Notes under the pieces: generated by a model | Told to the model about the DNA's origin: nothing | The model's input: the letters and a program-made list of their open reading frames with translations, nothing else | Databases searched by the model: none | DNA from: Candidatus Saccharimonadota bacterium | GTDB taxonomy: Bacteria > Patescibacteriota > Saccharimonadia > Saccharimonadales > OFTM59 | DNA: 64,000 bases | Assembly: GCA_029260855.1 (NCBI GenBank) | Contig: JAJDCK010000004.1 | Location: 18,312-82,311, forward strand | Direction of reading: 5' to 3' | Position numbers and translations under genes: made by a program | In this document: positions 19,592 to 30,172 of the stretch, one piece after another | Position numbering within the stretch: position 1 is the first letter of the stretch | How the letters are laid out: each line of letters opens with the position of its first letter

Positions 19592-20236
19592 ATGTCCATT
19601 ATCTGCCCGACTGTTACAGCTTCTACCCCGCATGAATATCGTGAACAGGTGGAGCGTTTAACGCCTTTTGCTAAGCGTATTCATCTGGATTTTATGGACG
19701 GCCTGTTTACAGCTAACAAGTCTATTGAGCTAAGCAAGGTGTGGCTACCGCATGAGCATAAAATTGAATGTGATCTGCACCTTATGTATATGAGGCCGGA
19801 TCTTTACCTGAATGAGATTAAACATATTAAGCCGTCTTTAGTAATTGTTCATGCCGAGAGTCAGGGGAGATTCATGCAATTTGCCGACAGGCTGCACTAT
19901 CTTAAGATTAAAATAGGGGTAGCGCTATTACCGCAGACCCCTGTAAAACTAATCGCGTCAGCCTTACCAGATATTGATCACGTTCTTATTTTTTCTGGCG
20001 ATTTAGGACATTTTGGAGGCAAAGCTAACCTTGCTCTGTTAAAAAAAGCAGCTGAGCTAAAATTACTTAAGCCAGATCTTGAAATAGGCTGGGACGGCGG
20101 TATAAATGAACACAATGTGGCGCATCTTGTGAAAAGGGGGGTTGATGTACTAAATGTCGGCGGGGCTATCCAGCGCAGCGAAGACCCATCACAAGCGTAT
20201 GCTACACTTGAAGCAATAGCGGAAATGATACAATGA
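19592..20236 (+). CDS. rpe: Ribulose-phosphate 3-epimerase
   Basis: HLDFMDG, DLHLM, WDGGIN; ATG at 19592. Confidence 0.93.
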   Translation: MSIICPTVTASTPHEYREQVERLTPFAKRIHLDFMDGLFTANKSIELSKVWLPHEHKIECDLHLMYMRPDLYLNEIKHIKPSLVIVHAESQGRFMQFADRLHYLKIKIGVALLPQTPVKLIASALPDIDHVLIFSGDLGHFGGKANLALLKKAAELKLLKPDLEIGWDGGINEHNVAHLVKRGVDVLNVGGAIQRSEDPSQAYATLEAIAEMIQ

Positions 20237-21093
20237 AAAACCTATCAGTTGAAGAACTGGAACTTAAAGCAATCGAGATTCGCAAAGATATAATCCGAAT
20301 GCTGGAGCGTGCCGGTAGTGGGCATAGTGCCGGGCCGCTCGGCTTGGCTGACATATTCACAGCACTTTACTTTGACATTCTAAAACACGATCCTAATAAG
20401 CCTGACTGGGATCAACGCGATATATTGCTGCTTAGCAATGGCCACTGCGTGCCGGTGCGCTACGCGACAATGGCTCACGCTGGCTACTTTGACAAAAAAG
20501 AACTTATGACGCTTCGCCAATTTGGTTCTCGCTTGCAGGGACACCCGGAGCGTACCAAGCTTCCAGGAATGGAAAACACCAGTGGACCACTTGGCTGCGG
20601 TCTGAGCCAAGCCTGCGGTATGACGCTCGCAATGCGTATGAATAAAGACCATCACCGTTGGGTGTACGTAGTAATGGGTGATGGTGAACAGGACGAGGGA
20701 AATGTCTGGGAAGCCGCCATGTTGGCTAGTAAGTACAGGTTAAATAACATCATCGCCATTACAGACCGCAACAATATACAGATTGACGGGCCGACAGAGA
20801 CTGTCATGCCTCTGGAAGATCTAAAAGATAAATGGGAAGCTTTTGGTTGGCACGTGATTGAGATTGACGGTAATAATATGGAAGCGATTATCGATGCTTG
20901 TGCTATGGGACGCGCTATTGTAGAAAAGCCAGTGATGATACTGGCTCACACTATTCCAGGCAAAGGGGTAGATTTTATGGAATACGACTTTCACTGGCAT
21001 GGTATGGGGCAATTGCCAGATGCAGAAGTAGCTCGAAAAGCCTTGCATGAGCTTAGAACATTGCAGGGCAAAATCAGGAGCGAACACGAATGA
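20233..21093 (+). CDS. tktA: Transketolase, N-terminal (TPP-binding) subunit
   Basis: SGH, SNGH, LQGHP, GDGEQDEG. Confidence 0.95.
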   Translation: MKNLSVEELELKAIEIRKDIIRMLERAGSGHSAGPLGLADIFTALYFDILKHDPNKPDWDQRDILLLSNGHCVPVRYATMAHAGYFDKKELMTLRQFGSRLQGHPERTKLPGMENTSGPLGCGLSQACGMTLAMRMNKDHHRWVYVVMGDGEQDEGNVWEAAMLASKYRLNNIIAITDRNNIQIDGPTETVMPLEDLKDKWEAFGWHVIEIDGNNMEAIIDACAMGRAIVEKPVMILAHTIPGKGVDFMEYDFHWHGMGQLPDAEVARKALHELRTLQGKIRSEHE

Positions 21094-21102
21094 TAAGAAG
21101 TA

Positions 21103-21182
21103 TTTCGTATAACGATTTTCGTATAACGTATAAAACCCGAATACAACTAACTGCAGCGGTTCGTTATACGTTGCGCAACGTA
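21103..21182. repeat. Direct and inverted short repeats plus a 16-bp palindrome between the transketolase halves
   Basis: TTTCGTATAACG at 21103 and 21117, inverted TCGTTATACG at 21161, palindrome TACGTTGCGCAACGTA at 21167-21182. Confidence 0.8.
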
Positions 21183-21214
21183 CCTAAAACGAACTATAAA
21201 AGGTGTTGGTGAAT

Positions 21215-22180
21215 ATGAGCGATTTACGATTGGTTGATATCAAAAAAGATATGGAAAATGAAGCGACTCGGAAAGGTTTTGGGCGCGGATTAAAAAGTGC
21301 TGGTGAACTTAACGAAAATGTCGTGGCGGCCTGTGCGGACCTAACTGAGTCAACGTCAATGAATTTATTTCGAGATGCGTTTCCGGATAGGTTTGTAGAA
21401 ATCGGAGTGGCCGAACAGAACTTGGTAACAGTTGGTTCGGGGCTGGCTGCGATGGGGAAGATCCCGTTCGTATCGAGCTATGCAGCATTTAGCCCGGGAC
21501 GGAATTGGGAGCAAATCCGTACTACAATTTGTTTAAATGACCAACCCGTAAAAATTGTTGGGTCGCACGCAGGCGTTTCTGTCGGTCCAGACGGCGCTAC
21601 ACACCAAATGCTGGAAGACATAGCCTTAATGAGGGTCTTGCCCAACATGGTAGTGGTGGTCCCTGGAGATAGTTTGGAAGCCGAGAAGGCTACATTGGCA
21701 CTTGCTGAAGATAAGCGGCCAGGCTATTTGCGGCTTGCAAGAGAGGCTTCGCCAATTATCACCACAGAACAGACGCCTTTTGAAATCGGTAAAGCTTATG
21801 TGTACTCGCATGGAATGGACGTAACAATAATTTCAACTGGTACGATGACATACCAAGCAGTGCTGGCTGCTGAGATGCTTTTTAAAGACGGCATAGATGC
21901 CGAGGTCGTACATGTGCCGACTATTAAACCACTAGATGCGGTGACTATTTTACAAAGTGTTCATAAAACCAAAGCCGTCATCACTGTAGAAGAAGCTCAG
22001 ATTAATGGGGGGCTAGGTGGCGCTGTGGCAGAGCTACTCGGCGAAGAGTTCCCGGTCAAAATGAAGCGCCTGGGCATGCGTGATAGATTCGGTGAATCGG
22101 GTAAGCCCGACGAACTGCTAGAACATTTTGGCTTGACAGCCAAACACATTGCGCTAGCAGCACACCATATTTTGGCTTAA
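21215..22180 (+). CDS. tktB: Transketolase, C-terminal subunit
   Basis: GVAEQN, DGATHQ, IKPLD; start could be 21203. Confidence 0.95.
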   Translation: MSDLRLVDIKKDMENEATRKGFGRGLKSAGELNENVVAACADLTESTSMNLFRDAFPDRFVEIGVAEQNLVTVGSGLAAMGKIPFVSSYAAFSPGRNWEQIRTTICLNDQPVKIVGSHAGVSVGPDGATHQMLEDIALMRVLPNMVVVVPGDSLEAEKATLALAEDKRPGYLRLAREASPIITTEQTPFEIGKAYVYSHGMDVTIISTGTMTYQAVLAAEMLFKDGIDAEVVHVPTIKPLDAVTILQSVHKTKAVITVEEAQINGGLGGAVAELLGEEFPVKMKRLGMRDRFGESGKPDELLEHFGLTAKHIALAAHHILA

Positions 22181-22353
22181 ATCTCTAGCTGCTTGCCGCG
22201 ACAGGCGTAAGAGTCTCTGTATATACGAAAAAGTTAGCCCAGCACGTTCTTTCCTTGTCATGGGGTGCCTCGTTGTGCGGGGTTGGTTATTGACCAGCCG
22301 AGGATTATTAAGCGTCTATACAACCATGAGCGGAACAGATATACTGTCTGTAG

Positions 22354-23268
22354 ATGTCCTTATCACTCACACAAATGAGAAAAAACTGTCAGCAAGCACG
22401 CGATGCTATGGCTCGTGCACGCGAAGGACATTTTGCGCTCGGCGCATTTAACCTAGATAATCAAGAGACTTTGCGTGCTGTTGCCCAGGCAGCAGCGAAT
22501 AAAAATGCACCCGTGCTAGTTGAGGTAAGCCATGGCGAAGTTGAGGCCCTAGGGTTAGATAATGTCCGCGACATGGTTGATAACTACAAACAGCAGCTCA
22601 AGGTTGAGGTGTATGTCAATCTTGACCACAGTCCCTCGGTTGCGGCAGCTATTGCGGGCATTGAGGCGGGCTTTGAGTTTATTCATATTGATATCAGCCA
22701 GGCTCGCAAAGACGCGACAATCGAGGAGATAATCACTGAGACCAAACAGATAGTAAATTACGCTAGTCTGACTGGCGCACTTGTTGAAAGTGAGCCTCAT
22801 TACTTCGGCGGTTCATCCAACTTGCACACAGAAAAAATTGATTATGAAGACATAAAAAAAACATTTAGTACACCAGAAGTTGCCCGAGCATTCGTAGAGG
22901 CTACGGGCATTGATACGTTTGCGGCGGCTATTGGAAATCTGCACGGTAAGTATCCGGCACCCAAAAAATTAGACATAGAGCTACTTGAGCAAATCCGTGA
23001 GGCAATCGATTGCAACATTAGCCTGCATGGCGGTAGCGGTACGCCCGGACACTACTTTGTGGATGCGGTTAGAGTTGGCGTAACGAAGGTCAATATAAAC
23101 TCAGATATGCGCGTAGCTTACCGTAAGACGCTCGAGAGAGAGTTGGACGATAATCCCGACGAATACGCTGTAGTTAAGCTGATGGATAAAGTTATTGAGT
23201 CGGTCCAAGCTGTAGTAGAGGAGAAAATAGACATGTTTAATTCGGCTGGAAAAGCTGTGGTAGACTAA
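22354..23268 (+). CDS. fba: Class II fructose-bisphosphate aldolase
   Basis: NLDH, GNLHG, SLHGGSG, KVNINSD. Confidence 0.93.
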   Translation: MSLSLTQMRKNCQQARDAMARAREGHFALGAFNLDNQETLRAVAQAAANKNAPVLVEVSHGEVEALGLDNVRDMVDNYKQQLKVEVYVNLDHSPSVAAAIAGIEAGFEFIHIDISQARKDATIEEIITETKQIVNYASLTGALVESEPHYFGGSSNLHTEKIDYEDIKKTFSTPEVARAFVEATGIDTFAAAIGNLHGKYPAPKKLDIELLEQIREAIDCNISLHGGSGTPGHYFVDAVRVGVTKVNINSDMRVAYRKTLERELDDNPDEYAVVKLMDKVIESVQAVVEEKIDMFNSAGKAVVD

Positions 23269-23299
23269 CCTTAAGTATTTATGTGGGTGGGAAAAACAA

Positions 23300-24304
23300 A
23301 TGACTAAATTAGATGTGTTGAGTATCGGCGACGTAGTCACGGATGCTTTTATTAAATTATTAGACGACAGGGCTGAGGCGTACCAAGATGAAAGAGGTAA
23401 ATGGCTGTCAATACCATTTGCTACTAAAGTACCCTTTGACCATGCGGTAGAGGTTGATGGCGTAGGCAACGCAGCGAACGCGTCAGTCAGCTTCGCTAAA
23501 ATGGGGCTTAGAAGTGGCTTGATTTCAAATGTAGGCGATGATCAGCACGGCCGCGATATTATCAGCACACTTAAAAAGCTGAACGTTGACACGCGTTTTA
23601 TCCACGTCAATCCTGGCAAGATTAGCAACTTTCACTACGTTCTATGGTACAAGGAAGAGCGCACCATTTTGATCAAGCACGAAGAATACGAATATCAGTG
23701 GCCAAGTTTTCGCGAGGAAGATATCCCGAAGTGGATATATTTTAGCTCGATTAGCAAGGACGCACTGGACACATATCACGATTTCGTAACCGAATGGCTG
23801 GGAAAACATCCGAATATTAGATTTGCATTCCAGCCAGGCACATTTCAGCTTGAAGCAGGAGTCGAACGCTTAAGTGCGTTGTACAAAAGGGCTGATGTTC
23901 TGCTTGTTAACAGGGAAGAAGCTGTTCTGATATCTGGCGGTAATTACGATGATCTTAACAATTTATTTGATCGCTTGCATGCGTATGGACCTCAAGTGGT
24001 TGTGATAACCGATGGGCCGGCGGGCGCATACGCTAGTGAGCTCAATAACGCACGCTTCAAGATGCCGCCCTATCCTGACCCTGCGCCACCATATGAGCGC
24101 ACGGGTGCTGGTGATGCATTTTCTTCGGCCTTCGTGGCGGAGTTGATCAAGGGGAACACGGTTGAGGGTGCGCTTCAGATAGCTCCAATAAACTCTATGA
24201 GCGTGGTCCAGCATGTTGGTGCTCGCGAAGGTCTTCTTACAGAAGCCGAGATAGAGGAGTTACTAAAAAAGGCTCCCCATTGGTATAAACCTGAGCGCAC
24301 GTGA
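23300..24304 (+). CDS. PfkB-family carbohydrate kinase
   Basis: GNAANAS, VGDD, NREEA, RTGAGDAF. Confidence 0.92.
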   Translation: MTKLDVLSIGDVVTDAFIKLLDDRAEAYQDERGKWLSIPFATKVPFDHAVEVDGVGNAANASVSFAKMGLRSGLISNVGDDQHGRDIISTLKKLNVDTRFIHVNPGKISNFHYVLWYKEERTILIKHEEYEYQWPSFREEDIPKWIYFSSISKDALDTYHDFVTEWLGKHPNIRFAFQPGTFQLEAGVERLSALYKRADVLLVNREEAVLISGGNYDDLNNLFDRLHAYGPQVVVITDGPAGAYASELNNARFKMPPYPDPAPPYERTGAGDAFSSAFVAELIKGNTVEGALQIAPINSMSVVQHVGAREGLLTEAEIEELLKKAPHWYKPERT

Positions 24305-24359
24305 ATAGCACGCCGATCCCTGGCTTAACAATTATGCTCATGCTAATCTATAAATAATT

Positions 24360-25616
24360 ATGTCAAAGTACCTGTCCGATTTGCTAAAAGCAGATGAGCC
24401 GATGTTTACGTCTGCGCTCAAGCAACTTGAGCTTGCTTCTGGTGACCAAAGCGTAGATGTCCGGCTTACTGCTGAGCTAATCGGCAAAGCGCACATGAAA
24501 ATGCGTGAACTTGGGCTAGACCCTGACGATACAACCGGAAAAGAACTTTATCACGCCCTGCTTTCTCTAGTAAAAAAGCATGATGAGTTCTTGGCAAAAA
24601 AAATAGGCAGCAAAACCGCTTCTGACGTACAAGATCTGCTACCGCGCATTAAAGCCGTAGTTGAAAAGATTGATGTTCCAAAAAAAGTTTGGGTTTTGCG
24701 CCCTAGCGTAGCCAAGCGTCTACTAAAAGCCATGCCCCCGAAACACGTAATGAAGCACCTGGGTTATAAATCTGTTGATTCAATGCTAAAACGCGAGCCA
24801 ATTGCCGAACTCTATGGTAGTTTGCGGTTTGCTGAGGATCCGGCCTGGTTGCAGTCGTTTTTGCAAAGGTATAAAACCCTGCGTCCAAGCGATTTTGAAA
24901 CACGAAACATTGAAATTGTGCTTATGGATAGTAAAAAGTGGGGCGAGCTGACAAAGGCTTTTGTGCATAAAAAAAGACACAACCTAACACACCTCAAGGA
25001 ACTAGGTGTGATCCTAATGTTGCCGATGCCAATAAAGCAAATGCATGGTATAACCATCACGGTCCTACCGCTCCTTCTCCATTATTTAAATGAAATTCGT
25101 CTTTATAGCTCTTTCTTTAAGCTACAACAAGTTAAACCTGGCTTCGGGGAGATACTTGTAGATACATTGATCGCTGATCCCGACAAGCATGCTGTCATGG
25201 CTGGTCAGAAGATACACTGGCGTGTAATACAACGTTACTTCGGTAAATTAGAATCAGAATATCATCCTGAAATGTTTGAACCGCACGTACAGCCTGAAGA
25301 CCTGCACTGGCGTAAAGCTGAAGAAGTGCTGTACAACATTGAGCCAGCCCTACACTTTTGGTATGACCTAGATTATGTGGCGATACTACACGAAGGACGA
25401 CCATTGACGTTTAATCTAATGGATATGGCGATAAGTTACGTTAATAGCTTGTCATATAGCGACAGGGCTGTTTATCACTTTCGTGAATCGCTGTGGAATG
25501 AAATATTCATGCGTTATCTAGGCCAAAAAACATTGGAAACCCAAGTGTTGAAGCAGCTTGATAATGAGATGATAGCGCCCGAATCTTTACTTTTGCACTC
25601 GGGAGGGAGCAGTTGA
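24360..25616 (+). CDS. Hypothetical protein (418 aa)
   Basis: Long ORF with normal composition; no motif recognised. Confidence 0.75.
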   Translation: MSKYLSDLLKADEPMFTSALKQLELASGDQSVDVRLTAELIGKAHMKMRELGLDPDDTTGKELYHALLSLVKKHDEFLAKKIGSKTASDVQDLLPRIKAVVEKIDVPKKVWVLRPSVAKRLLKAMPPKHVMKHLGYKSVDSMLKREPIAELYGSLRFAEDPAWLQSFLQRYKTLRPSDFETRNIEIVLMDSKKWGELTKAFVHKKRHNLTHLKELGVILMLPMPIKQMHGITITVLPLLLHYLNEIRLYSSFFKLQQVKPGFGEILVDTLIADPDKHAVMAGQKIHWRVIQRYFGKLESEYHPEMFEPHVQPEDLHWRKAEEVLYNIEPALHFWYDLDYVAILHEGRPLTFNLMDMAISYVNSLSYSDRAVYHFRESLWNEIFMRYLGQKTLETQVLKQLDNEMIAPESLLLHSGGSS

Positions 25617-26179
25617 TGTATCAAATATGTATATCTGGTGCCGCCAAAGGTAAAAGCGTTGAAGAAGGTAAGCATATTGCAATAGCTGCAGGGCAAGCGA
25701 TTGCAAAGGCAGGCCATAGCCTGATGACGGGCGCGACTATAGGTATACCGAACTATGCAGCTGAATCATACAAGTCGGCAGGTGGTAAGATGAGTGTTGG
25801 TATAAGCCCGGCTACTTCAAAAATTGAGCATGTTATAAAGTATCGCTTACCCACAAAAGCATATGACGTGATTGTGTATTCGGGTATGCACTATGTCGGT
25901 CGAGACAACTTGCTGATCGTCTCTAGTGATGCCGTTATTAGTATTGGGGGCAGGTTAGGAACTTTGCATGAGTTTACTATTGCAATGGAGACAGATACAC
26001 CGATTGGTTTTTTGGAAGGTGGAGGTGGTATTAGCACGGAGATCTCTGACATTATGCATGCAGCTGGTGAAGCAAATAGTAAGAATGTGATTTTTAGCGA
26101 TAATGCTGACGACCTACTCGCTAAACTTACAAGACTGCTTGACACAGAAAACAAGAAGTACCTACAACTGTATGAGTAA
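25616..26179 (+). CDS. LOG/SLOG family nucleotide-processing protein
   Basis: TGATIGIP, GISP, R in GRD, GGRLGTLHE. Confidence 0.8.
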   Translation: MYQICISGAAKGKSVEEGKHIAIAAGQAIAKAGHSLMTGATIGIPNYAAESYKSAGGKMSVGISPATSKIEHVIKYRLPTKAYDVIVYSGMHYVGRDNLLIVSSDAVISIGGRLGTLHEFTIAMETDTPIGFLEGGGGISTEISDIMHAAGEANSKNVIFSDNADDLLAKLTRLLDTENKKYLQLYE

Positions 26180-26387
26180 TCGTAGTCAGGACTCGCACTG
26201 GAAATGGCCGATAATATTGCTGTTTATAGTATTAGCAATGTTTGCCGGATGGGAAACAATTAGCTCCCGAATTGGCACTAATAATATTAATAACTTTGAA
26301 GACTGTGTCAGGTCTGGGAACCCGGTTCTAGAGAGTTTCCCCGAACAATGCATTTACGACGGACGTACTTTTGTGAATACACCTTAA
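26172..26387 (+). CDS. Small membrane-anchored protein with FEDC..GNPVLESFPEQC motif
   Basis: TM helix followed by a two-Cys motif; ATG 26172 overlaps the LOG gene end. Confidence 0.7.
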   Translation: MSNRSQDSHWKWPIILLFIVLAMFAGWETISSRIGTNNINNFEDCVRSGNPVLESFPEQCIYDGRTFVNTP

Positions 26388-26442
26388 GCATGCTTGTCTA
26401 AAATCTACATGAATTAACCGGGTAAGTTGGTACAATTATATG

Positions 26443-28407
26443 ATGACCAAGTTTCATCTAGTTTCTGAATACCAGCCGACAGGTGACCAGCCAACAGCGA
26501 TAAGCCAGCTGACAGAGGGCCTGCGGCATGGCGCCAAAGAGCAGGTTTTGCTGGGTGTTACAGGTTCTGGGAAGACCTTTACTGCGGCCAATGTAATACA
26601 AAATATGCAGCGTCCCGCGTTGGTACTTTCTCACAACAAAACTCTTGCAGCGCAGCTTTACACAGAGTTTAAAAACTTCTTTCCGAATAATGCAGTGCAC
26701 TACTTTGTCAGCTACTTTGACTACTATCAGCCTGAGGCTTACATAGCGCGTAGCGATACTTATATAGAAAAAGATAGCCAGATCAACGAAGAGATTGATC
26801 GTTTGAGACATGCTGCGACGGACGCGTTGCTTACGAGGAGCGATGTTATTATCGTTGCCAGCGTGAGCTGTATTTATGGAATCGGGTCGGTTGAAGACTA
26901 TGGGGGTTTATCAGAAACTGTTCATGTTGGAGAAAGAAAAGTTCGTGACAAATTCATACGTCGTTTAACGGACATCCAGTATCAGCGCAATGATATAGAC
27001 TTTCACCGTGGAACTTTTCGGGTCAAGGGGGACGTAATAGATGTTATGCCAGCAGGCGAGGAAATTGCCTATAGGATTGATTTTTTTGGTGACGAGATAG
27101 AGCGTATAACTCAGATCAACCCTCTTACAGGTGAAATTCAGCAAAAGCCTGAGAGTGTGAGAATATTCCCCAGTAGTCATTATGTGACCCCGGCCGATAA
27201 GCTTAAGGGGGCGATTGTGAAGATTGAATCCGAGCTTGCTGAAAGACTTACTTATTTTAAAAAGAATGGAATGTTGCTAGAAGCGCAACGCCTGGAACAG
27301 CGAACGCGGTTTGATCTTGAGATGCTTGAAGAAACAGGTTTTGTTAAGGGTATTGAAAACTATAGCCGTTATCTTACTAATCGCGAACCTGGCGAGCAAC
27401 CAGCAACGCTGCTTGATTATTTTCCGGACGATTACTTGCTCTTTGTTGATGAGTCACACATGACAGTCCCCCAGGTGCGCGGCATGTATAACGGGGACAG
27501 AGCCAGGAAGGAGGTCTTGGTTGAGCATGGCTTTCGTCTGCCTAGTGCTCTTGACAATCGGCCGCTAACTTTTACTGAATTTGAAAAACACCTTAACCAG
27601 GTGGTATATGTTAGCGCCACTCCTGCCCAGTACGAACTTACACGCAGCACAAAGCCTATTGAGCAGGTAATCCGCCCGACCGGATTGATTGACCCACTTA
27701 TTGAAGTGCGGCCTATTGATGGGCAAATCGATGACCTCATTAGTGAAATACGCGCTACGGTAAACAAGCGCCAGAGGGTACTGGTCACAACGCTCACTAA
27801 ACGTATGGCCGAAGACCTGACAGAATATTTGGCAGAAATAAATATTAAAGTTACATACTTGCACAGCGATGTTGACACACTGGATCGCACCGACATACTA
27901 AGGGATTTGCGTCTTGGTGTTTACGATGTGGTAGTAGGTATAAATTTACTTCGTGAAGGACTCGATTTGCCTGAGGTGAGTTTAGTGACAATTCTAGATG
28001 CTGACAAAGAAGGTTTTCTGCGTAGTGAGCAAGCGCTAGTGCAGACTATCGGTAGGGCGGCTAGACACATAGAGGGAAGGGTGATTATGTATGCTAGTCA
28101 GGTTACCGGTAGTATGAAGCGGGCTATTGATGAGACTAATCGCAGACGTAAAGTACAAGAGACCTACAACAAAGAACACAATATAACCCCAATGGGCATA
28201 GCTAGGGCGATTGAAAAAGGTATGCGGCCAGACCTCCCAGAAGAAGCTAAGACTGCAAAACTTAACCTGAAAAAAATTCCAAAAGACGAGTATGGGCACC
28301 TGATCAAGGACTTAACATCCCAAATGGAGCTGGCAAGTGCTAACCTGGAATTTGAAAAAGCTGCCGAGCTCCGTGACATAATAAGCGATATTAAAAACAA
28401 ACTGTAA
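26443..28407 (+). CDS. uvrB: Excinuclease ABC subunit B
   Basis: [20 protein letters not shown]-terminal UVR domain; start 26440 or 26443. Confidence 0.98.
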   Translation: MTKFHLVSEYQPTGDQPTAISQLTEGLRHGAKEQVLLGVTGSGKTFTAANVIQNMQRPALVLSHNKTLAAQLYTEFKNFFPNNAVHYFVSYFDYYQPEAYIARSDTYIEKDSQINEEIDRLRHAATDALLTRSDVIIVASVSCIYGIGSVEDYGGLSETVHVGERKVRDKFIRRLTDIQYQRNDIDFHRGTFRVKGDVIDVMPAGEEIAYRIDFFGDEIERITQINPLTGEIQQKPESVRIFPSSHYVTPADKLKGAIVKIESELAERLTYFKKNGMLLEAQRLEQRTRFDLEMLEETGFVKGIENYSRYLTNREPGEQPATLLDYFPDDYLLFVDESHMTVPQVRGMYNGDRARKEVLVEHGFRLPSALDNRPLTFTEFEKHLNQVVYVSATPAQYELTRSTKPIEQVIRPTGLIDPLIEVRPIDGQIDDLISEIRATVNKRQRVLVTTLTKRMAEDLTEYLAEINIKVTYLHSDVDTLDRTDILRDLRLGVYDVVVGINLLREGLDLPEVSLVTILDADKEGFLRSEQALVQTIGRAARHIEGRVIMYASQVTGSMKRAIDETNRRRKVQETYNKEHNITPMGIARAIEKGMRPDLPEEAKTAKLNLKKIPKDEYGHLIKDLTSQMELASANLEFEKAAELRDIISDIKNKL

Positions 28408-28451
28408 AGGATAGAATAGGATTGGCCAATCTGTTATACTGACAGATACAT

Positions 28452-28745
28452 ATGGCGAAGTTAACACGGGAAGATGTATTAAAATTGGCTCAGCTGTCGC
28501 GCCTGAAGCTTAGCGACGAGGAAGTGCTGCGCTTCCAGGATGAAATTACAGAAATATTACAGTATGTTGAAAAACTGCAATCAGTAGATCTTGCTGGTGT
28601 TGATCCTACTTACCAGGTAAGCGGCCTAAGCAATGTGATGCGCGAAGACGCTGTTTACGACTATGGCGTTAAGGCCGAAGATTTATTGAAAAATGCAACG
28701 GTCGCAGAAGATGGCCACATCCAAGTAAAAAGGATTATTGAATGA
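28452..28745 (+). CDS. gatC: Asp/Glu-tRNA amidotransferase subunit C
   Basis: LAQLSRL, NVMRED; precedes gatA. Confidence 0.93.
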   Translation: MAKLTREDVLKLAQLSRLKLSDEEVLRFQDEITEILQYVEKLQSVDLAGVDPTYQVSGLSNVMREDAVYDYGVKAEDLLKNATVAEDGHIQVKRIIE

Positions 28746-30172
28746 GCCGGTGGCTTTCAATTGCTGATATTGCAGAAAAAGTCCAATCTGGCGAGCTGAA
28801 AGCTACGGCAATGGTTGAGCAGGCGTTTAAGAGTATTGAACAATGCCAAAAATACGACGCAATTATTGCTACGATCCCCGAACGCGCAAAGAGACGCGCA
28901 CAAGAGCTGGACGGTCGTATCGCGCTGGGCGAACAGACTGGACGTTTGTCTGGCGTCCCGTTCATTGCAAAAGACAATTTCTTAACTTTTGGTTCTGAGA
29001 CTACGGCTGCGAGCAACATCCTAAGAGGATTTGAGGCGCCATATCAATCTACAGTAATCGAGCGCCTAGAAGCGGAGGGTGCGATTTGTGTTGCCAAGGC
29101 CAACTTGGATGCTTTTGCGCACGGGGGCAGCACGGAAAACAGTGACTTCATGGTGACCAAAAATCCACATGACGCAAGTCGTGTTCCGGGTGGGAGTAGC
29201 GGTGGGTCGGCAGCAGCCGTGATGCTTGACATGGCGCCGTTCGCCCTTGGTACAGACACGGGTGGCTCAATACGGCTACCCGCATCTTTCACTGGTGCGG
29301 TTGGGCTTAAGCCTACCTATGGGCTTGTCTCAAGAAGTGGTGTGGTGGCTATGGCTAGTAGTACAGACGTAGTGGGCCCACTCGCCCGAACGGTTGAAGA
29401 CGCTGCACTAGTTCTTGATGTGATTTCTGGCAGGGACTTACTAGACGGGACAACAGTCAACCGTGACCCAGAACCATATACGAATCTAGATAGAGCCACA
29501 GTAAGCGAATTTAAAATCGGTATTATCAAAGAGTACATGGGCGAGGGGGTAGATCATGATGTGCGTGAACAAATCCAGTCTACCGTGGAAGCCTTGCAAA
29601 AAGCTGGAGCAGATATACAGGAGCTTAGCTTGCCTTCGCTTGATTTAGCGCTTGCGGCTTATTATATTATTGTTCCGGCAGAAATTAGCAGCAACCTTAG
29701 CCGTTATGATGGGCAGCGGTACGGATTTTCTCATCCAGATGCTACCAACTTAGATCAAAGCTATAATTGGTCAAGAAGCGAGGGCTTTGGACGGGAGGCC
29801 AAACGCAGAATCATGATTGGGACTTATGTGCTTAGCAGCGGATATTACGATGCGTACTACAAAAAAGCACAGCAGTTACGCACGAAGCTTATTGAAGAAT
29901 TCAATAAGGCTTTTAAGTCGGTTGATTTCTTAGTTGGCCCGATTGCGCCTATGACAGCTTTTAAGATTGGTGAAAATACAAACGACCCGCTTAAAATGTA
30001 CTTAGCTGATGCAATGACAGTTGGCGTCAGCCTAGCTGGGCTGCCTGCAATAAGCGTGCCTGTAGGTTTAGACAGGAATAGCTTGCCTGTCGGTATGCAA
30101 CTGATTGGCCAACAAAGGACCGATAGAAAACTTTTCTCTTTGGCGAAAGAAATTGAAAGGTTAGTAAAATGA
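28742..30172 (+). CDS. gatA: Asp/Glu-tRNA amidotransferase subunit A
   Basis: KDN, PGGSSGGS, TDTGGSIR, SSNLSRYDG. Confidence 0.97.
   Translation: MSRWLSIADIAEKVQSGELKATAMVEQAFKSIEQCQKYDAIIATIPERAKRRAQELDGRIALGEQTGRLSGVPFIAKDNFLTFGSETTAASNILRGFEAPYQSTVIERLEAEGAICVAKANLDAFAHGGSTENSDFMVTKNPHDASRVPGGSSGGSAAAVMLDMAPFALGTDTGGSIRLPASFTGAVGLKPTYGLVSRSGVVAMASSTDVVGPLARTVEDAALVLDVISGRDLLDGTTVNRDPEPYTNLDRATVSEFKIGIIKEYMGEGVDHDVREQIQSTVEALQKAGADIQELSLPSLDLALAAYYIIVPAEISSNLSRYDGQRYGFSHPDATNLDQSYNWSRSEGFGREAKRRIMIGTYVLSSGYYDAYYKKAQQLRTKLIEEFNKAFKSVDFLVGPIAPMTAFKIGENTNDPLKMYLADAMTVGVSLAGLPAISVPVGLDRNSLPVGMQLIGQQRTDRKLFSLAKEIERLVK

Noticed and set aside
21103..21182. Repeats as a mini CRISPR array
   Set aside because: Units are only 12 bp with a 2-nt gap, no spacers and no cas genes
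20233..22180. Split transketolase as a pseudogene
   Set aside because: Two-subunit transketolases are a well-known form and both halves are intact
22181..22220. SRP RNA-like AAGCAGC on the minus strand
   Set aside because: Lacks the CAGG..GNRA helix-8 geometry
22260..22451. 63-aa ORF as a leader peptide for fba
   Set aside because: Overlaps fba out of frame, has no motif, and a -10 box lies right before the fba ATG
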